A stretch of 64,000 nucleotides of DNA from Alphaproteobacteria bacterium (GCA_947457935.1 CANGXP010000002.1:47701-111700), one strand, 5' to 3'. Counted from the first letter of the stretch, positions 27,364 through 37,784 are shown. Translations and numbers: made by a program. Notes: generated by a model from the letters alone, not told the origin.

Positions 27364-29478
27364 CTACGCCACGTCTTCTGCTTCTCCTGCAGGCGCATCT
27401 TCCAACTTCATGGTGAGGCGGATTTTACCGCGATCATCCACGCCAACAACTTTCACTTTAATAACATCGCCCATTTTGACGATGTCAGAAACTTGCTTCA
27501 CACGGTAGTTCGCCATCTCACTGATGTGCACCAAACCATCTTTTGCACCCAAGAAATTCACGAACGCGCCGAATTCGACGATACGCACAACCGTGCCCTC
27601 GTAAATTTCGCCGATTTCTGGCACAGCAACAATGGCGCGGATACGGCGGATTGCCTCATTGGTAGCCTCTTCCGAGGTTGCCGCAATTTTAATCGTACCA
27701 TCTTCGCCGATGTCCACTTTTGCACCGCTGAGTTCGCAAATTTCACGAATCACTTTGCCGCCAGAGCCAATCACATCGCGGATTTTATCCTTGTCGATTT
27801 TGATGGTGTGGATGCGCGGTGCATGTTGGCTCACGCCATCACGCGGGGTGTCTAAACCCTTTTGCATTTCGCCTAAGATATGCAAGCGACCGTCTTTGGC
27901 TTGTGCCAAGGCTTGCTCCATAATCTCCGCAGTGATGCTGGTGATTTTGATGTCCATTTGCAGCGCGGTTACACCGTTTGATGTCCCTGCTACTTTAAAG
28001 TCCATATCGCCAAGGTGATCTTCATCGCCCAAGATGTCAGAAAGAATAGCAAAGTCTTTGCCTTCTTTAATCAAACCCATGGCAATCCCTGCTACAGGGC
28101 GTTCCAGTGGCACACCTGCATCCATCAAGGATAGCGAGCCGCCGCACACGGTTGCCATGGAAGACGAGCCGTTTGACTCGGTAATTTCAGACACAATACG
28201 AATGGTGTACGGGAAGGTTTCTTTTGCAGGGAGCAGCGGACGAATGGCGCGCCACGCGAGTTTACCATGCCCAATTTCACGACGACCGGGTGAACCCATG
28301 CGCCCTGTTTCTCCTACGCTGTAAGGCGGGAAGTTGTAGTGCAGCATGAAGTTTTCATAGCGTTCGCCTTCAAGCGCATCAATCATTTGCTCGTCATCGC
28401 CTGTGCCCAAGGTGGTAACAACAATCGCTTGCGTTTCGCCACGGGTGAACAACGCACTACCATGCGTGCGCGGCAAAATGCCTACTTCTGATTCAATGCG
28501 GCGAATATCGGTGGTGCTACGCCCATCAATCCGTTTGCCTGTTTTCAGCACATCAAGACGCAAAATGTCTGATTCGAGATGCTTAAATTCAGAAAGAAGC
28601 TTCACTTTAGTAACATCCGCATTATCAGCAAACGCTTCTAACACTTTTTGCTTCGCTGCATCGATTTTCTCACGGCGGGGTTGCTTGTCTTTTTCTTTGT
28701 ATGCTGCAACAAGGTCTTTTTGTGCCAGTGTCGCGATTTTCTTTTTCACGTCAGCAGACAATGCGCCTTTTTCAAGGTCAATATCCCACGGGTCTTTCGC
28801 ACAGGTTTCAGCGAGCTGAATAATGGCTTGAATAACCGTGTTATAGGCTTCTTGTCCAAATTTCACCGCGCCCAACATGATTTCTTCAGAAAGCTCTTTT
28901 GCTTCTGATTCTACCATCAACACGCCTTCAGTTGTGCCAGCCACAACGAGTTCTAAAGAACCGTCTTGAATTTCTTGCGGGGTGGGGTTGAGGATGTATT
29001 GTCCATCAATGTAACCCACTTTTGCCGCCGCAATGGGTCCCATGAAGGGTAAGCCAGAAAGGGTGAGGGCAGCAGACGCGCCAATGATAGAGATAATGTC
29101 ACTGTCAGCATCGCTGTCATAGCTGAGTACGGTGCAAACAACCTGTGTCTCGTGCTTAAAACCATTGATAAACAGCGGGCGAATCGGGCGGTCAATCAGG
29201 CGAGAAATAAGGGTTTCTTTTTCGGTAGGGCGACCTTCACGCTTGAAGAATCCCCCGGGGATGCGCCCTGCTGCAAAGAATTTCTCTTGGAAATTGACGG
29301 TGAGGGGGAAAAAATCAATATCGGGTTTTGCTTCTTTTGCGGCAACAACGGTGCAGAGTACGGTTGTTTCGCCGAGGGTTGCCATCACGGCAGCATCAGC
29401 TTGACGGGCGACTTTGCCTGTCTCCAGAATAAGGGTACGTCCACCCCATTCAATTTCTTTACGGAATACTTTGAACAT
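27364..29478 (-). CDS. pnp: Polyribonucleotide nucleotidyltransferase (PNPase)
   Basis: 704 aa with two RNase PH domains, a KH domain and a C-terminal S1 domain ([20 protein letters not shown]). Confidence 0.9.
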   Translation of the reverse strand: MFKVFRKEIEWGGRTLILETGKVARQADAAVMATLGETTVLCTVVAAKEAKPDIDFFPLTVNFQEKFFAAGRIPGGFFKREGRPTEKETLISRLIDRPIRPLFINGFKHETQVVCTVLSYDSDADSDIISIIGASAALTLSGLPFMGPIAAAKVGYIDGQYILNPTPQEIQDGSLELVVAGTTEGVLMVESEAKELSEEIMLGAVKFGQEAYNTVIQAIIQLAETCAKDPWDIDLEKGALSADVKKKIATLAQKDLVAAYKEKDKQPRREKIDAAKQKVLEAFADNADVTKVKLLSEFKHLESDILRLDVLKTGKRIDGRSTTDIRRIESEVGILPRTHGSALFTRGETQAIVVTTLGTGDDEQMIDALEGERYENFMLHYNFPPYSVGETGRMGSPGRREIGHGKLAWRAIRPLLPAKETFPYTIRIVSEITESNGSSSMATVCGGSLSLMDAGVPLERPVAGIAMGLIKEGKDFAILSDILGDEDHLGDMDFKVAGTSNGVTALQMDIKITSITAEIMEQALAQAKDGRLHILGEMQKGLDTPRDGVSQHAPRIHTIKIDKDKIRDVIGSGGKVIREICELSGAKVDIGEDGTIKIAATSEEATNEAIRRIRAIVAVPEIGEIYEGTVVRIVEFGAFVNFLGAKDGLVHISEMANYRVKQVSDIVKMGDVIKVKVVGVDDRGKIRLTMKLEDAPAGEAEDVA

Positions 29479-29658
29479 TCTTTAATTTTCCTATTTTCTA
29501 TCCATTTGATGAGCGGTTCTAGCAGATATTTTACGAAAGCGAAACACAAATAAGGGCGACGGCACAGCGCACCATCGCCCTTACAAGATTAAAACTTACG
29601 CGAAGCATTTTAAACGCGTCCAAATGTCATTCCCGTGCAAACGGGAATCCACGCTTAA

Positions 29659-29693
29659 CTTAAAAAGTGTGGATCCCCTCTTTCGAGGGGATG
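29659..29693 (-). terminator. Intrinsic terminator of rpsO, with structured pnp leader hairpins following at 29540-29655
   Basis: On the mRNA strand: stem AUCCCCUC, GAAA loop, GAGGGGAU, followed by CCACACUUUUU. Additional stems follow (AUUCCCGU...ACGGGAAU and AAGGGCGAUGG...CCGUCGCCCUU). Confidence 0.55.
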
Positions 29694-29738
29694 ACAAACC
29701 GAACAATCGTTGCGCGCAAATTCGTTTGCAAAATAAAC

Positions 29739-30008
29739 TTAATAACGCAAGCCTAGTTTCTTAATCAAAACGCTATACCGCTGAAAGTCTGTACGCTTTA
29801 AATAGTCGAGTTGGCGGCGGCGTTGCCCCACCATTTTCAATAATCCGCGACGAGAAATGTTGTCTTTTTTGTGGGTATTTAAATGCCCTGTGAGTTCTTG
29901 AATGCGGGTGGTGAGCAAGGCAACTTGCACTTCAGGTGAGCCTGTGTCGCCTTCTTTGCGACCATATTCTTTTACAATAGTGCTTTTTGAAACGGTATCG
30001 AATGACAT
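29739..30008 (-). CDS. rpsO: 30S ribosomal protein S15
   Basis: 89 aa with an S15 signature ([24 protein letters not shown]...[12 protein letters not shown]). Confidence 0.9.
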   Translation of the reverse strand: MSFDTVSKSTIVKEYGRKEGDTGSPEVQVALLTTRIQELTGHLNTHKKDNISRRGLLKMVGQRRRQLDYLKRTDFQRYSVLIKKLGLRY

Positions 30009-30029
30009 CGGAGTTCCTCCAGTTTGTGA

Positions 30030-30902
30030 TTACAAAAATATGCCCCGTTGCGGTGCAAAGACGCTGCTCTCTATGCGCCCAAGGGCAATAAGAACACCAT
30101 CCAGCGTGCAATACGCAAGACCATCAGGCAGGGTTGTTTGTGTTAAAACAACAGGTTGCCCTTGGCGAATGCGGTGTGCGTCTTCCGCTGAAACAGCCAG
30201 TGCAGAGATGTCGTCCAGCACGGTTGTAAGCGGTTGCAGCACAGCAGCAACAGGATTAGCCAACACAGCATCAAGGCTAACGCACTGATTTTCAGTGATT
30301 TGCCCAACTTTTGTGCGGCGGAGGGCGACTATATGCGCGAACGTGCCCAATTGTAAAGCAATATCTTGTCCTAACACCCTGATATAGGTGCCTTTACTGC
30401 ACGTGGTGCTGAACATCGCCGTATCGGGTGTGGGACTACCACGGTATTGCAGATCATAAATCGTAATCGTGCGGGGTTGCAGCACAACCTCTTCCCCTGC
30501 GCGTGCCAGTGCGTAAGCACGTTGACCGTTTATTTTCAACGCGGAAAAAGCTGGCGGGGTTTGCTGTTGCGCCCCTAAGAATTTTGGAATGATGGCGGCA
30601 ATTTCCGCAGGCGTTGGCAGATGCGCAGACGTTGCAACTGTCTCGCCCTCTATATCGCCTGTGGTGGTGCTCCTCCCCCATTGCACGATGAAGCTATAGG
30701 TTTTTGGCGCATCCGCGATATAGGGCATGGTTTTTGTTGCCTCACCCAATGCAATCGGCAACACGCCAGAAGCAAGCGGATCAAGCGTGCCTGCATGTCC
30801 TGCCTTTTTGGTTTTGAAGGCACGCCGTACTTTTGTCACCGCGTCGTTGGAGGTGAGGTGCAGCGGTTTATCAAGGAAAATCCAGCCGTGGGGGAGTGTC
30901 AT
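30030..30902 (-). CDS. truB: tRNA pseudouridine(55) synthase
   Basis: TruB catalytic motif HAGTLDPLASGVLPIALGEATK. 290 aa. Gene order truB-rpsO-pnp. Confidence 0.85.
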   Translation of the reverse strand: MTLPHGWIFLDKPLHLTSNDAVTKVRRAFKTKKAGHAGTLDPLASGVLPIALGEATKTMPYIADAPKTYSFIVQWGRSTTTGDIEGETVATSAHLPTPAEIAAIIPKFLGAQQQTPPAFSALKINGQRAYALARAGEEVVLQPRTITIYDLQYRGSPTPDTAMFSTTCSKGTYIRVLGQDIALQLGTFAHIVALRRTKVGQITENQCVSLDAVLANPVAAVLQPLTTVLDDISALAVSAEDAHRIRQGQPVVLTQTTLPDGLAYCTLDGVLIALGRIESSVFAPQRGIFL

Positions 30903-30971
30903 ACAGTCTATCTTTCAAAAAATCCTTGCTACCATAGCAGAGTATTGCATAGTGCGGAAAAATTCTAAGGA

Positions 30972-32492
30972 TTGTCTATGCTGCACCGTCACCTTCATTC
31001 TTTTTTCGGCTTGTTTATAATAAGTGCGGTAGCAGGGGCGGTTCTGGGGTATGCACTCCCGCCCTATAATTACATCCTCGCTGGCGGTGCGTTCAGCGTT
31101 TTGCTCTATGCGATTATCAACAGCAAAAAATCATGGCATAGCTATTGTTTCGGGTGGGTGTTTGGTTTTGCGTTTTATGGACTGAGCTTATCATGGGTGG
31201 CAAACGCCCTCACTTTTGACGCACAATTTGCCTATCTCATTCCTATTTCTCAATTCGGTATTCCCGCATTTTTGGGGTTGTATAGCGGTGCGGTGGCGGC
31301 AATGGCCAAACGCTCGCGCTTTACAGGCATCTCGTTATGGTTGCTGTTTGCAGCCTTGTGGGCGGGCATGGAATATATCAAAAATATTATAGGCTTCTCG
31401 TTCCCGTGGAATATCGTGGGGTATGCGTGGACGCAAAATCTTGAAATCCTGCAATCAACGGCTCTTGTTGGCATTCACACCCTAAGCCTGTTGAGTGTGT
31501 TGTTGTGGACAAGCCCCCTCCTCCTCACCGCCAAACACGGCAGACCTGCCTTGATGGGTATCGCGGTTATTTTCTGTCTATTTTATGGGTGGGGATTAGG
31601 GCGACTACAGAATGCTAGCGATGAAACGCAGCCGTTTGTGATGCGTTTGGTGCAACCGAATGTGAGCCAGAATAATAAAATTCAAGGCAATGCAAATGAA
31701 GATGATTTTGCCCGTCTGATACGTCTTTCGGCAACCCCTACCAATCAAAAAATTTCTGCCGTCATTTGGCCTGAATCTGCAGCACCCTATGGGCTTGATC
31801 AAGATGCAAATGCACGACAACAAATCATGCAGCAACTCCCCTTGGGGGCAGATCTCATCACGGGGATTAGCCGCCTACGTATTGACACAACACAAAACAA
31901 AGAAGTGCCCGCCAACAGCCTGATGGTGGTGCACCCGAGTGGTGATATTGCAGGGTTTTACGACAAACATTTTCTCGTGCCGTTTGGAGAATATGTGCCA
32001 TTGCGCCGTTATTTAAAGATGGCAAAAGTCACCCCTGGAATTGGCGATTTTGCCCGTGGGGTTGGCGTACAAACGCTAGCGCTCTCTGATGTTCCCGCGT
32101 TTAGCCCGCTGATTTGCTACGAAGCGGTTTATTCAGGGCAAGTGGTGGATAAAAACAATCGTCCTCAATGGTTACTCACCATCAGCAATGATGCATGGTA
32201 TGGCGATTCTGCAGGCCCCTACCAACATGCCGAATTTGCCAAAGTCCGCGCCATTGAAGAAGGCTTGCCCCTTGTGCGCGTTGCCAACACCGGCATTTCT
32301 TACATTGCTGACAGTTATGGACGACAACAAGGCATCACCACCTTAGATACGGATGCGGTGGTAGATCTCCCCTTGCCAGCAGCCTTAGAGAATCCAAAGT
32401 TCTTTGCACGGCATGGGAACATGCTGTTTGGAGTAGCGTTGGGACTATGTGTTATAGCAGCGGCGGCATTGCGGCGGATAGTACGCGACTAG
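30972..32492 (+). CDS. lnt: Apolipoprotein N-acyltransferase
   Basis: 506 aa with an N-terminal polytopic domain and a C-terminal CN-hydrolase domain including the catalytic Cys context (PLICYEAVY). Confidence 0.8.
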   Translation: MSMLHRHLHSFFGLFIISAVAGAVLGYALPPYNYILAGGAFSVLLYAIINSKKSWHSYCFGWVFGFAFYGLSLSWVANALTFDAQFAYLIPISQFGIPAFLGLYSGAVAAMAKRSRFTGISLWLLFAALWAGMEYIKNIIGFSFPWNIVGYAWTQNLEILQSTALVGIHTLSLLSVLLWTSPLLLTAKHGRPALMGIAVIFCLFYGWGLGRLQNASDETQPFVMRLVQPNVSQNNKIQGNANEDDFARLIRLSATPTNQKISAVIWPESAAPYGLDQDANARQQIMQQLPLGADLITGISRLRIDTTQNKEVPANSLMVVHPSGDIAGFYDKHFLVPFGEYVPLRRYLKMAKVTPGIGDFARGVGVQTLALSDVPAFSPLICYEAVYSGQVVDKNNRPQWLLTISNDAWYGDSAGPYQHAEFAKVRAIEEGLPLVRVANTGISYIADSYGRQQGITTLDTDAVVDLPLPAALENPKFFARHGNMLFGVALGLCVIAAAALRRIVRD

Positions 32493-32640
32493 GAATATTG
32501 TTGTTGTTTCAGTTTAGAATGTTACGCAGTCGAAAACGACCGCAACCGAACGAACGTGTACATTTTAGTACATGAGTGAGGTTAAGGGAAGTTTGCAGGC
32601 GTGTAACATTCTAAAATGGAATGACTACCTACCGCGCCCG
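32490..32640 (+). repeat. Interspersed mosaic repeat, copy B: modules 1 and 2 between lnt and the purF 3-prime end
   Basis: TAGGAATATTGTTGTTGTTTCAG...CGAAAACGACCGCAACCGAACGAACGTGTACATTTTAGTACATGAGTGAGGTTAAGGGAAGTTTGCAGGC...GGAATGACTAC aligns with copy A. It begins on the lnt stop codon. Confidence 0.65.
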
Positions 32641-34110
32641 CATCAACTCCTTCAGCACGTTTTTCTTATTCTTCGGCAAGGTGGTGCTATTGTGGTCAGT
32701 GAGCGGCAAGGGATATTCCCCCGTAAAGCACGCATCGCAATATTGCGGCATCTCTTTGTTGCGCTTGGTTTCGCCGAGGGCTTGATAGAGTCCATCAAGG
32801 GAAATAAACGCCAGACTATCCACACCGATGAGTTTCGCCATTTCTGCAATAGAATGTTGCGCTGCCATCAGTTTATCGCGTGAGGGCGTGTCTACCCCAT
32901 AAAAACAGGAATGCGTTGTGGGCGGGCTGGCAATCCGCATGTGCACTTCTTTTGCACCCGCTTGCCGCACCATATCCACAATTTTTACCGAGGTTGTGCC
33001 GCGCACAATACTATCATCCACCAAAATCACTCGCTTATCTTTAATGTACGCTTTGTTGGTGTTGTGTTTCAGCTTCACGCCCAAATGGCGGATGTGGTCG
33101 GTGGGTTCAATGAACGTGCGCCCGACATAGTGATTGCGGATAATCCCTAACTCAAAGGTAATGCCTGATTGTTCGGCATAGCCCAACGCGCCTGTTACGC
33201 CTGAATCAGGCACAGGCACAATCACATCCGCATCAACATGGCTTTCCCGCGCAAGTTGCTTGCCAATATTTTTGCGTACCGCATACACGCTTTTGTCTTC
33301 AAACAGGCTATCAGGGCGGGCAAAATAAATGTACTCAAAAATGCAAAACCGCGAGGGGCTTTTATCGAACGGAAAGCTGCTATGAATACCATTTGCATCA
33401 ATGCTTACCATTTCCCCTGCGGCAACATCACGCACATATTGCGCCCCGATAATATCAAACGCACAGGTTTCAGAGGCGAGCAAATACGCATCCCCCAACT
33501 TGCCCAACACCAACGGGCGCACGCCTGCGGGGTCACGCACCCCAATTACACGGTCGCTCCCCAACACCACAAGAGAATACGCCCCTTCAACTTGGTTAAG
33601 CGCGTCAACAAGGCGTTGCTCAAGCGTTTTGCCTGCACCCAGTGCCATCAGATGAAAAATAACTTCTGTATCACTGGTAGACTGAAAAATTGCGCCGCGC
33701 TCAATCAGCACTTTTTTCAGCGTGTAGGCATTCGTCAAATTTCCATTATGGGCAATGCCCACGCCGCCAAAGGCAAACTCGGCAAACAGGGGTTGCACGT
33801 TGCGTAAAATTGTATCACCTGAGGTGGAATAGCGGACGTGCCCAATGGCAATATCACCCACTAAGCCTTGCATAACCTCGTTTGAGGCGAATGCATCGCC
33901 CACTAAACCTAAGGCACGATGCGCATGGAATTGCCCGTTATCAACTGTTACAATGCCCGCTGCTTCTTGCCCCCGATGTTGCAGGGCATGAAGTCCTAGA
34001 GCCGTGTGCGCTGCCGCTGTATGCGCCCCAAACACGCCAAATACGCCACATTCCTCACGGAGTTTGTCGTCATCAAAGGGGTTGGTGGAAACGTGACAAA
34101 AAGAAGTCAT
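32629..34110 (-). CDS. purF: Amidophosphoribosyltransferase
   Basis: N-terminal Ntn-hydrolase CGV (REECGVFGVFG) and a PRTase motif (VILVDDSIVRGTTS). 493 aa. It overlaps cvpA by 4 nt, the classic cvpA-purF operon arrangement. Confidence 0.9.
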   Translation of the reverse strand: MTSFCHVSTNPFDDDKLREECGVFGVFGAHTAAAHTALGLHALQHRGQEAAGIVTVDNGQFHAHRALGLVGDAFASNEVMQGLVGDIAIGHVRYSTSGDTILRNVQPLFAEFAFGGVGIAHNGNLTNAYTLKKVLIERGAIFQSTSDTEVIFHLMALGAGKTLEQRLVDALNQVEGAYSLVVLGSDRVIGVRDPAGVRPLVLGKLGDAYLLASETCAFDIIGAQYVRDVAAGEMVSIDANGIHSSFPFDKSPSRFCIFEYIYFARPDSLFEDKSVYAVRKNIGKQLARESHVDADVIVPVPDSGVTGALGYAEQSGITFELGIIRNHYVGRTFIEPTDHIRHLGVKLKHNTNKAYIKDKRVILVDDSIVRGTTSVKIVDMVRQAGAKEVHMRIASPPTTHSCFYGVDTPSRDKLMAAQHSIAEMAKLIGVDSLAFISLDGLYQALGETKRNKEMPQYCDACFTGEYPLPLTDHNSTTLPKNKKNVLKELMRAR

Positions 34111-34853
34111 TGTACACTTTCAATTAAATGGTCAAGGCTTTGGCGTTCTTTGTTGCCATAACTTGCATCGACATCAGCGTTGCTTTCATCTGCTTTTTTA
34201 GCGTCTTTATCCTCAAGCATTTTCACGCGCTCTTTATTCTTTGGCACGTTTTTATCTTGCTGCTCTTTAAGAGCTTGCCCTTTATCGCGCAATACTTTTT
34301 TAACGGAATCTTTGTTCTCTTCTAAGGCTAGAGATTTTTCCGTAGCATTTTGCATGTCTTCTGGCAGCAACGCGACAATAATTTTCGCCCCCTCTTTCAT
34401 AATCGGCATTGATTTCGCGGTTTCAAGCCACTTGGGTAAATTTTCCTTCCCTTTGGCATCCATCGTGAAATTAACAACCAACATGTAAAACAGGCTGATA
34501 ATCACCCCGCCACGCAAAAGCCCGAAAACAAAACCAAGGGTGTTATCCAGCGAGCCAAGGGGGCCATCATCCACGGCATCTGCAACGCGATAGGTGATCA
34601 CATGCCCAATCACCAACGTGATAATAAAGACGCTGGAATAAGAGACAATCCGCGCCATAATCTCGCTGCTGATTGTGTCTTGCCAGAATGGATAGGTGAA
34701 TTCTTGCACATATAGCGTTACAAAAACCGCCAGTGCCCAGCTAAAAATTCCTAACACTTCCCGCACAAGCCCTCGAATCAACGCGAACAGCGCAGAGCCG
34801 AGAACAATGGCAATCGCAATGCCATCTGTTATATTGAAAGAATAGGGTTCCAT
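34107..34853 (-). CDS. cvpA: Colicin V production protein CvpA homologue with an extended lysine-rich C-terminal tail
   Basis: Multi-TM N-terminal region typical of CvpA, immediately upstream of purF. The start is set at the internal Met (MEPYSFNITDGIAIAIVLG...). The ORF track begins with an alternative codon at 34919. Confidence 0.65.
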   Translation of the reverse strand: MEPYSFNITDGIAIAIVLGSALFALIRGLVREVLGIFSWALAVFVTLYVQEFTYPFWQDTISSEIMARIVSYSSVFIITLVIGHVITYRVADAVDDGPLGSLDNTLGFVFGLLRGGVIISLFYMLVVNFTMDAKGKENLPKWLETAKSMPIMKEGAKIIVALLPEDMQNATEKSLALEENKDSVKKVLRDKGQALKEQQDKNVPKNKERVKMLEDKDAKKADESNADVDASYGNKERQSLDHLIESVQ

Positions 34854-34894
34854 ATGGGGGGTTATACGCGATATTTTACAATTTGCAAAAGGTG

Positions 34895-34910
34895 TCGTGT
34901 TGCAACACGA
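34895..34910. promoter_or_regulatory. Perfect 16-bp palindrome TCGTGTTGCAACACGA in the divergent cvpA-purF / serA promoter region. Candidate operator
   Basis: Read directly from the sequence. It lies about 40 bp upstream of the cvpA start and about 80 bp upstream of the serA start. Confidence 0.4.
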
Positions 34911-34990
34911 AAAATACACAGGTCGTTTGACTTATGCTCGATAACTTTATATGACCATGCGTATCATTATACCCCACAAAGAGATTTTTT

Positions 34991-36577
34991 ATGACCGCTC
35001 CCAAAGTTCTGATTTCCGATAAACTCAGCCCCCGCGCTATTGAAATTTTTAAAGAGCGCGGCATTGTTGCCGATGTAAAAACAGATTTAACCCCTGAACA
35101 ACTGAAAGCCTGTATTGGTGAGTATGCAGGGCTGGCGATTCGCTCAAACACCAAAGTCACCAAAGAAATTATTGAAGCAGCAAGCAACCTTAAAGTGATT
35201 GGTCGGGCAGGGATTGGGATTGATAACGTGGATGTACCCGCTGCCACCGCCAAAGGCATTGTGGTAATGAACACGCCGTTTGGCAATTCCATCACCACGG
35301 CAGAACACGCTATCGCTATGATGTTTGGCTTAGCAAGACAACTCCCTGCTGCCAATGCGTCAACCCATGCAGGGAAATGGGAAAAATCTCGTTTTATGGG
35401 CGTGGAAGTGACAGGAAAAACGCTAGGGATTATTGGCTGCGGCAACATTGGCGCGATTGTGGCAGATAGAGCCGTCGGGCTTAAAATGAAAGTCGTGGCG
35501 TTTGACCCCTATTTGTCAAAAGAACGCGCCGATGACCTTGGCATTGAGAAAGTTGAGACCATTGAGGAGCTATTGCCTCGCGCTGATTTCATCACGCTGC
35601 ACACGCCTTTAACTGAAAAAACAAAAGGTATTTTAGACGCAAAAAACCTCGCTAAATGCAAAAAAGGCGTGCGGATTGTAAACTGTGCCCGTGGTGGCTT
35701 GATTGTTGAAGCAGACCTCAAAGCCGCCTTAGACAGCGGCCATGTTGCAGGCGCGGCACTCGATGTATTTGACATTGAACCTGCCAAAGAAAACGTGTTG
35801 TTTGGGGATGAGCGCGTTATTGCCACCCCGCATTTGGGTGCATCAACCAGTGAAGCACAAGAAAATGTGGCGTTGCAAGTGGCAGAACAAATTTCCGATT
35901 TCTTGCTGACAGGGGCGGTTACCAACGCGCTCAACATGCCGTCTGTGAGTAGCGAAGAAGCCATTCGCTTGAAGCCTTACATGAAACTGGCAGAAATGTT
36001 GGGCAGCTTTGCAGGGCAAATTACCGAGACGGGCATCAAGTCTATCTCTCTTGAATACAGCGGCGCGGTAACAAAGCTGAACACCAAGCCTCTCACTTCT
36101 ATCACTGTTTCTGCCCTGCTCTCCCCGTTATTAGATTCTGTGAATGTCGTGAATGTTATGATGGTGGCAAAGCAACGTGACATTAACATCAGCGAAACAA
36201 AACACAGCAAGCATGAAGACTCTGCCGAGTTTGTGAAGCTCACTGTGCATACAGATAAGCGGTCACGCTCTGTGACAGGTAAAGTGTTTGCGCCTGATAG
36301 TGCTCGTATTATTGATATTGAAGGCATCGCGATTGAAGCCGAGTTAGGCAAACACATTCTATTCGTGCGTAACAATGACAAACCCGGTTTCATTGGGCGT
36401 TTAGGGTCAACCTTGGGCGATGCGAATATCAATATCGCCACCTTCACTTTGGGGCGCGTTGCCGCAGGGGAAGACGCGATTGCGCTGATTGAAGTTGACC
36501 AAGAAATAACCCCCGATATTTTGGAAAAAGTAAAGACTATCAAAAATGTGGTACAGGCAAGTGTTCTCCGCTTCTAA
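34991..36577 (+). CDS. serA: D-3-phosphoglycerate dehydrogenase (long form with ASB and ACT regulatory domains)
   Basis: 528 aa. Contains the NAD-binding GxGxxG (GIIGCGNIGAIVA) and a D-isomer 2-hydroxyacid dehydrogenase catalytic region. Confidence 0.85.
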   Translation: MTAPKVLISDKLSPRAIEIFKERGIVADVKTDLTPEQLKACIGEYAGLAIRSNTKVTKEIIEAASNLKVIGRAGIGIDNVDVPAATAKGIVVMNTPFGNSITTAEHAIAMMFGLARQLPAANASTHAGKWEKSRFMGVEVTGKTLGIIGCGNIGAIVADRAVGLKMKVVAFDPYLSKERADDLGIEKVETIEELLPRADFITLHTPLTEKTKGILDAKNLAKCKKGVRIVNCARGGLIVEADLKAALDSGHVAGAALDVFDIEPAKENVLFGDERVIATPHLGASTSEAQENVALQVAEQISDFLLTGAVTNALNMPSVSSEEAIRLKPYMKLAEMLGSFAGQITETGIKSISLEYSGAVTKLNTKPLTSITVSALLSPLLDSVNVVNVMMVAKQRDINISETKHSKHEDSAEFVKLTVHTDKRSRSVTGKVFAPDSARIIDIEGIAIEAELGKHILFVRNNDKPGFIGRLGSTLGDANINIATFTLGRVAAGEDAIALIEVDQEITPDILEKVKTIKNVVQASVLRF

Positions 36578-36675
36578 TACCAAACCCATTAAATTCCTGC
36601 AATTTTGCTGCGCCACACCATCGGCTTCAGTCATTGGCGTTGAGCCAACTCCATTCAGCCTCGGCTCGCTCACAA
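36576..36675 (-). repeat. Interspersed mosaic repeat, copy D: reverse orientation, module-2 start fused to module-3 end, immediately after the serA stop
   Basis: Plus strand TAATACCAAACCCATTAAATTCCTGCAATTTTGCTGCGCC is the reverse complement of the copy-A end GCGCAGCCGAATAGCAGGAATTTAATGGGCTTGGTATTA. The far end reads GTGAGCGAG (compare ATGAGCGAG of module 2). Confidence 0.6.
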
Positions 36676-36692
36676 AAATTTCAGAAATTTTC

Positions 36693-37781
36693 TTGGGTTG
36701 GTATAAGGTACTTGGCGGCGCATTATTTGCACTATGCGTTTATGGCGCAGGGGATTCTGCATCCATCGCCGCTGATTCTTTTAAAGTGGGGGATGCAACC
36801 TATTCGGTGGTTATCCAACAGCCCCTCACGCCACTGGTGGGGCTGGGAATACACAACACTATCCCTCAAAAAATAGTGGGGTTTGACCGCAATAACAAGG
36901 TGTATAGCCTAGAGGCATTGATTGGCACGTTGGTGCTAACACCCCTTAAGGACTTTGCGCCTGTTCCCCAACCCCTCTTAAAAGATAAGGTGGAAAACAG
37001 CGCGGTGAGCTATGGCAAAACCGAAATACAGTATGCGTATTTTGCGGATACTGTGGAGGGTGCTTTCTCCCCCATCCTCGGTAAACTCCCCGTGGGCAGA
37101 ACGCTTGTTGCAACCTTAAAAAATGGTGCAGATGTACGGTTTTCACTGCCAGCAGGATATGTGTATGAAAACACTGCCCCTGTTGTGATTGATCTCAATA
37201 ATGACGGGTTAGAGGAAATTGTTGTAACCGAAACCAACACGCAAACGGGAACGTCTGTGCTGGGGTTGTATATCACCGTTGAGGGGCGATTAAAGCGAAT
37301 GGCAAACTCCCCCGCTTTGCCACAACAAGGGCACTGGGTGGATGCACTAGGGACGCTTGATTGGCAGGAAGACGGCAAGCCCTCAATTTTGGCGATTGAA
37401 GCCCCCAACATCAACGGATTCTTGCAGTTTTACGGCATGAAAAACGGCAAAATGGAGAGTGTGCGGCGGGAATATGGCTATTCTAGCAGAATCGTTGGCA
37501 CGCCCTTAGCCCCAACACTGTTGCTTGCAGATATGGACGACAACGGCACACAAGAGCTGATGATACCGCGCAACAGCATGGATGCTCTTGCTATTTTAAG
37601 TTTCACAAAAGGGCTGATGACACGCCTGTATGAAACGGATTTACCTGCCCCGATTGCCTCTGCCTTTTATATTGCCTACACTGCCCCCCCCGAAAATCCA
37701 AAAAGGGCTGTGCATAGTATTGCATTCTTTTTGCGGGATGGGCAAATTGCGCTGATAACACGCGTACAGAAAGCACAATAG
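36693..37781 (+). CDS. Secreted hypothetical protein with FG-GAP/VCBS-like repeats
   Basis: Asp-rich repeat motifs VVIDLNNDGLEEIVVTE and LLADMDDNGTQELMIP. The start is uncertain. The ORF track starts at 36546, but that N-terminal part is occupied by an interspersed repeat copy. I suggest a TTG at 36693, which gives a signal-peptide-like N-terminus GWYKVLGGALFALCVYGAG. Confidence 0.4.
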   Translation: MGWYKVLGGALFALCVYGAGDSASIAADSFKVGDATYSVVIQQPLTPLVGLGIHNTIPQKIVGFDRNNKVYSLEALIGTLVLTPLKDFAPVPQPLLKDKVENSAVSYGKTEIQYAYFADTVEGAFSPILGKLPVGRTLVATLKNGADVRFSLPAGYVYENTAPVVIDLNNDGLEEIVVTETNTQTGTSVLGLYITVEGRLKRMANSPALPQQGHWVDALGTLDWQEDGKPSILAIEAPNINGFLQFYGMKNGKMESVRREYGYSSRIVGTPLAPTLLLADMDDNGTQELMIPRNSMDALAILSFTKGLMTRLYETDLPAPIASAFYIAYTAPPENPKRAVHSIAFFLRDGQIALITRVQKAQ

Positions 37782-37784
37782 CGC

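Noticed and set aside
32572-32883. Long ORFs 32572-32883 and 56137-56409 that start inside repeat module 2 and continue antisense into purF and the class IV aminotransferase gene
   Set aside because: Only the first roughly 20 codons are conserved between repeat copies. The extensions differ completely and lie antisense to well-supported genes. In copy A the same frame stops after 22 codons. The long ORFs are read-through artefacts. The conserved short frame is reported as a finding instead.
34876-36543. Minus-strand ORFs 34876-35448, 35509-35964 and 35977-36543 overlapping serA
   Set aside because: They are antisense to a strongly supported serA. Their products are Ala/Ser-rich low-complexity, typical of shadow ORFs in GC-biased coding DNA.
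36546-36692. First 49 codons of the 36546-37781 ORF ([40 protein letters not shown]...)
   Set aside because: This region is occupied by repeat copy D and overlaps the serA stop. The frame is open by chance through the repeat. A TTG at 36693 precedes a plausible signal peptide.
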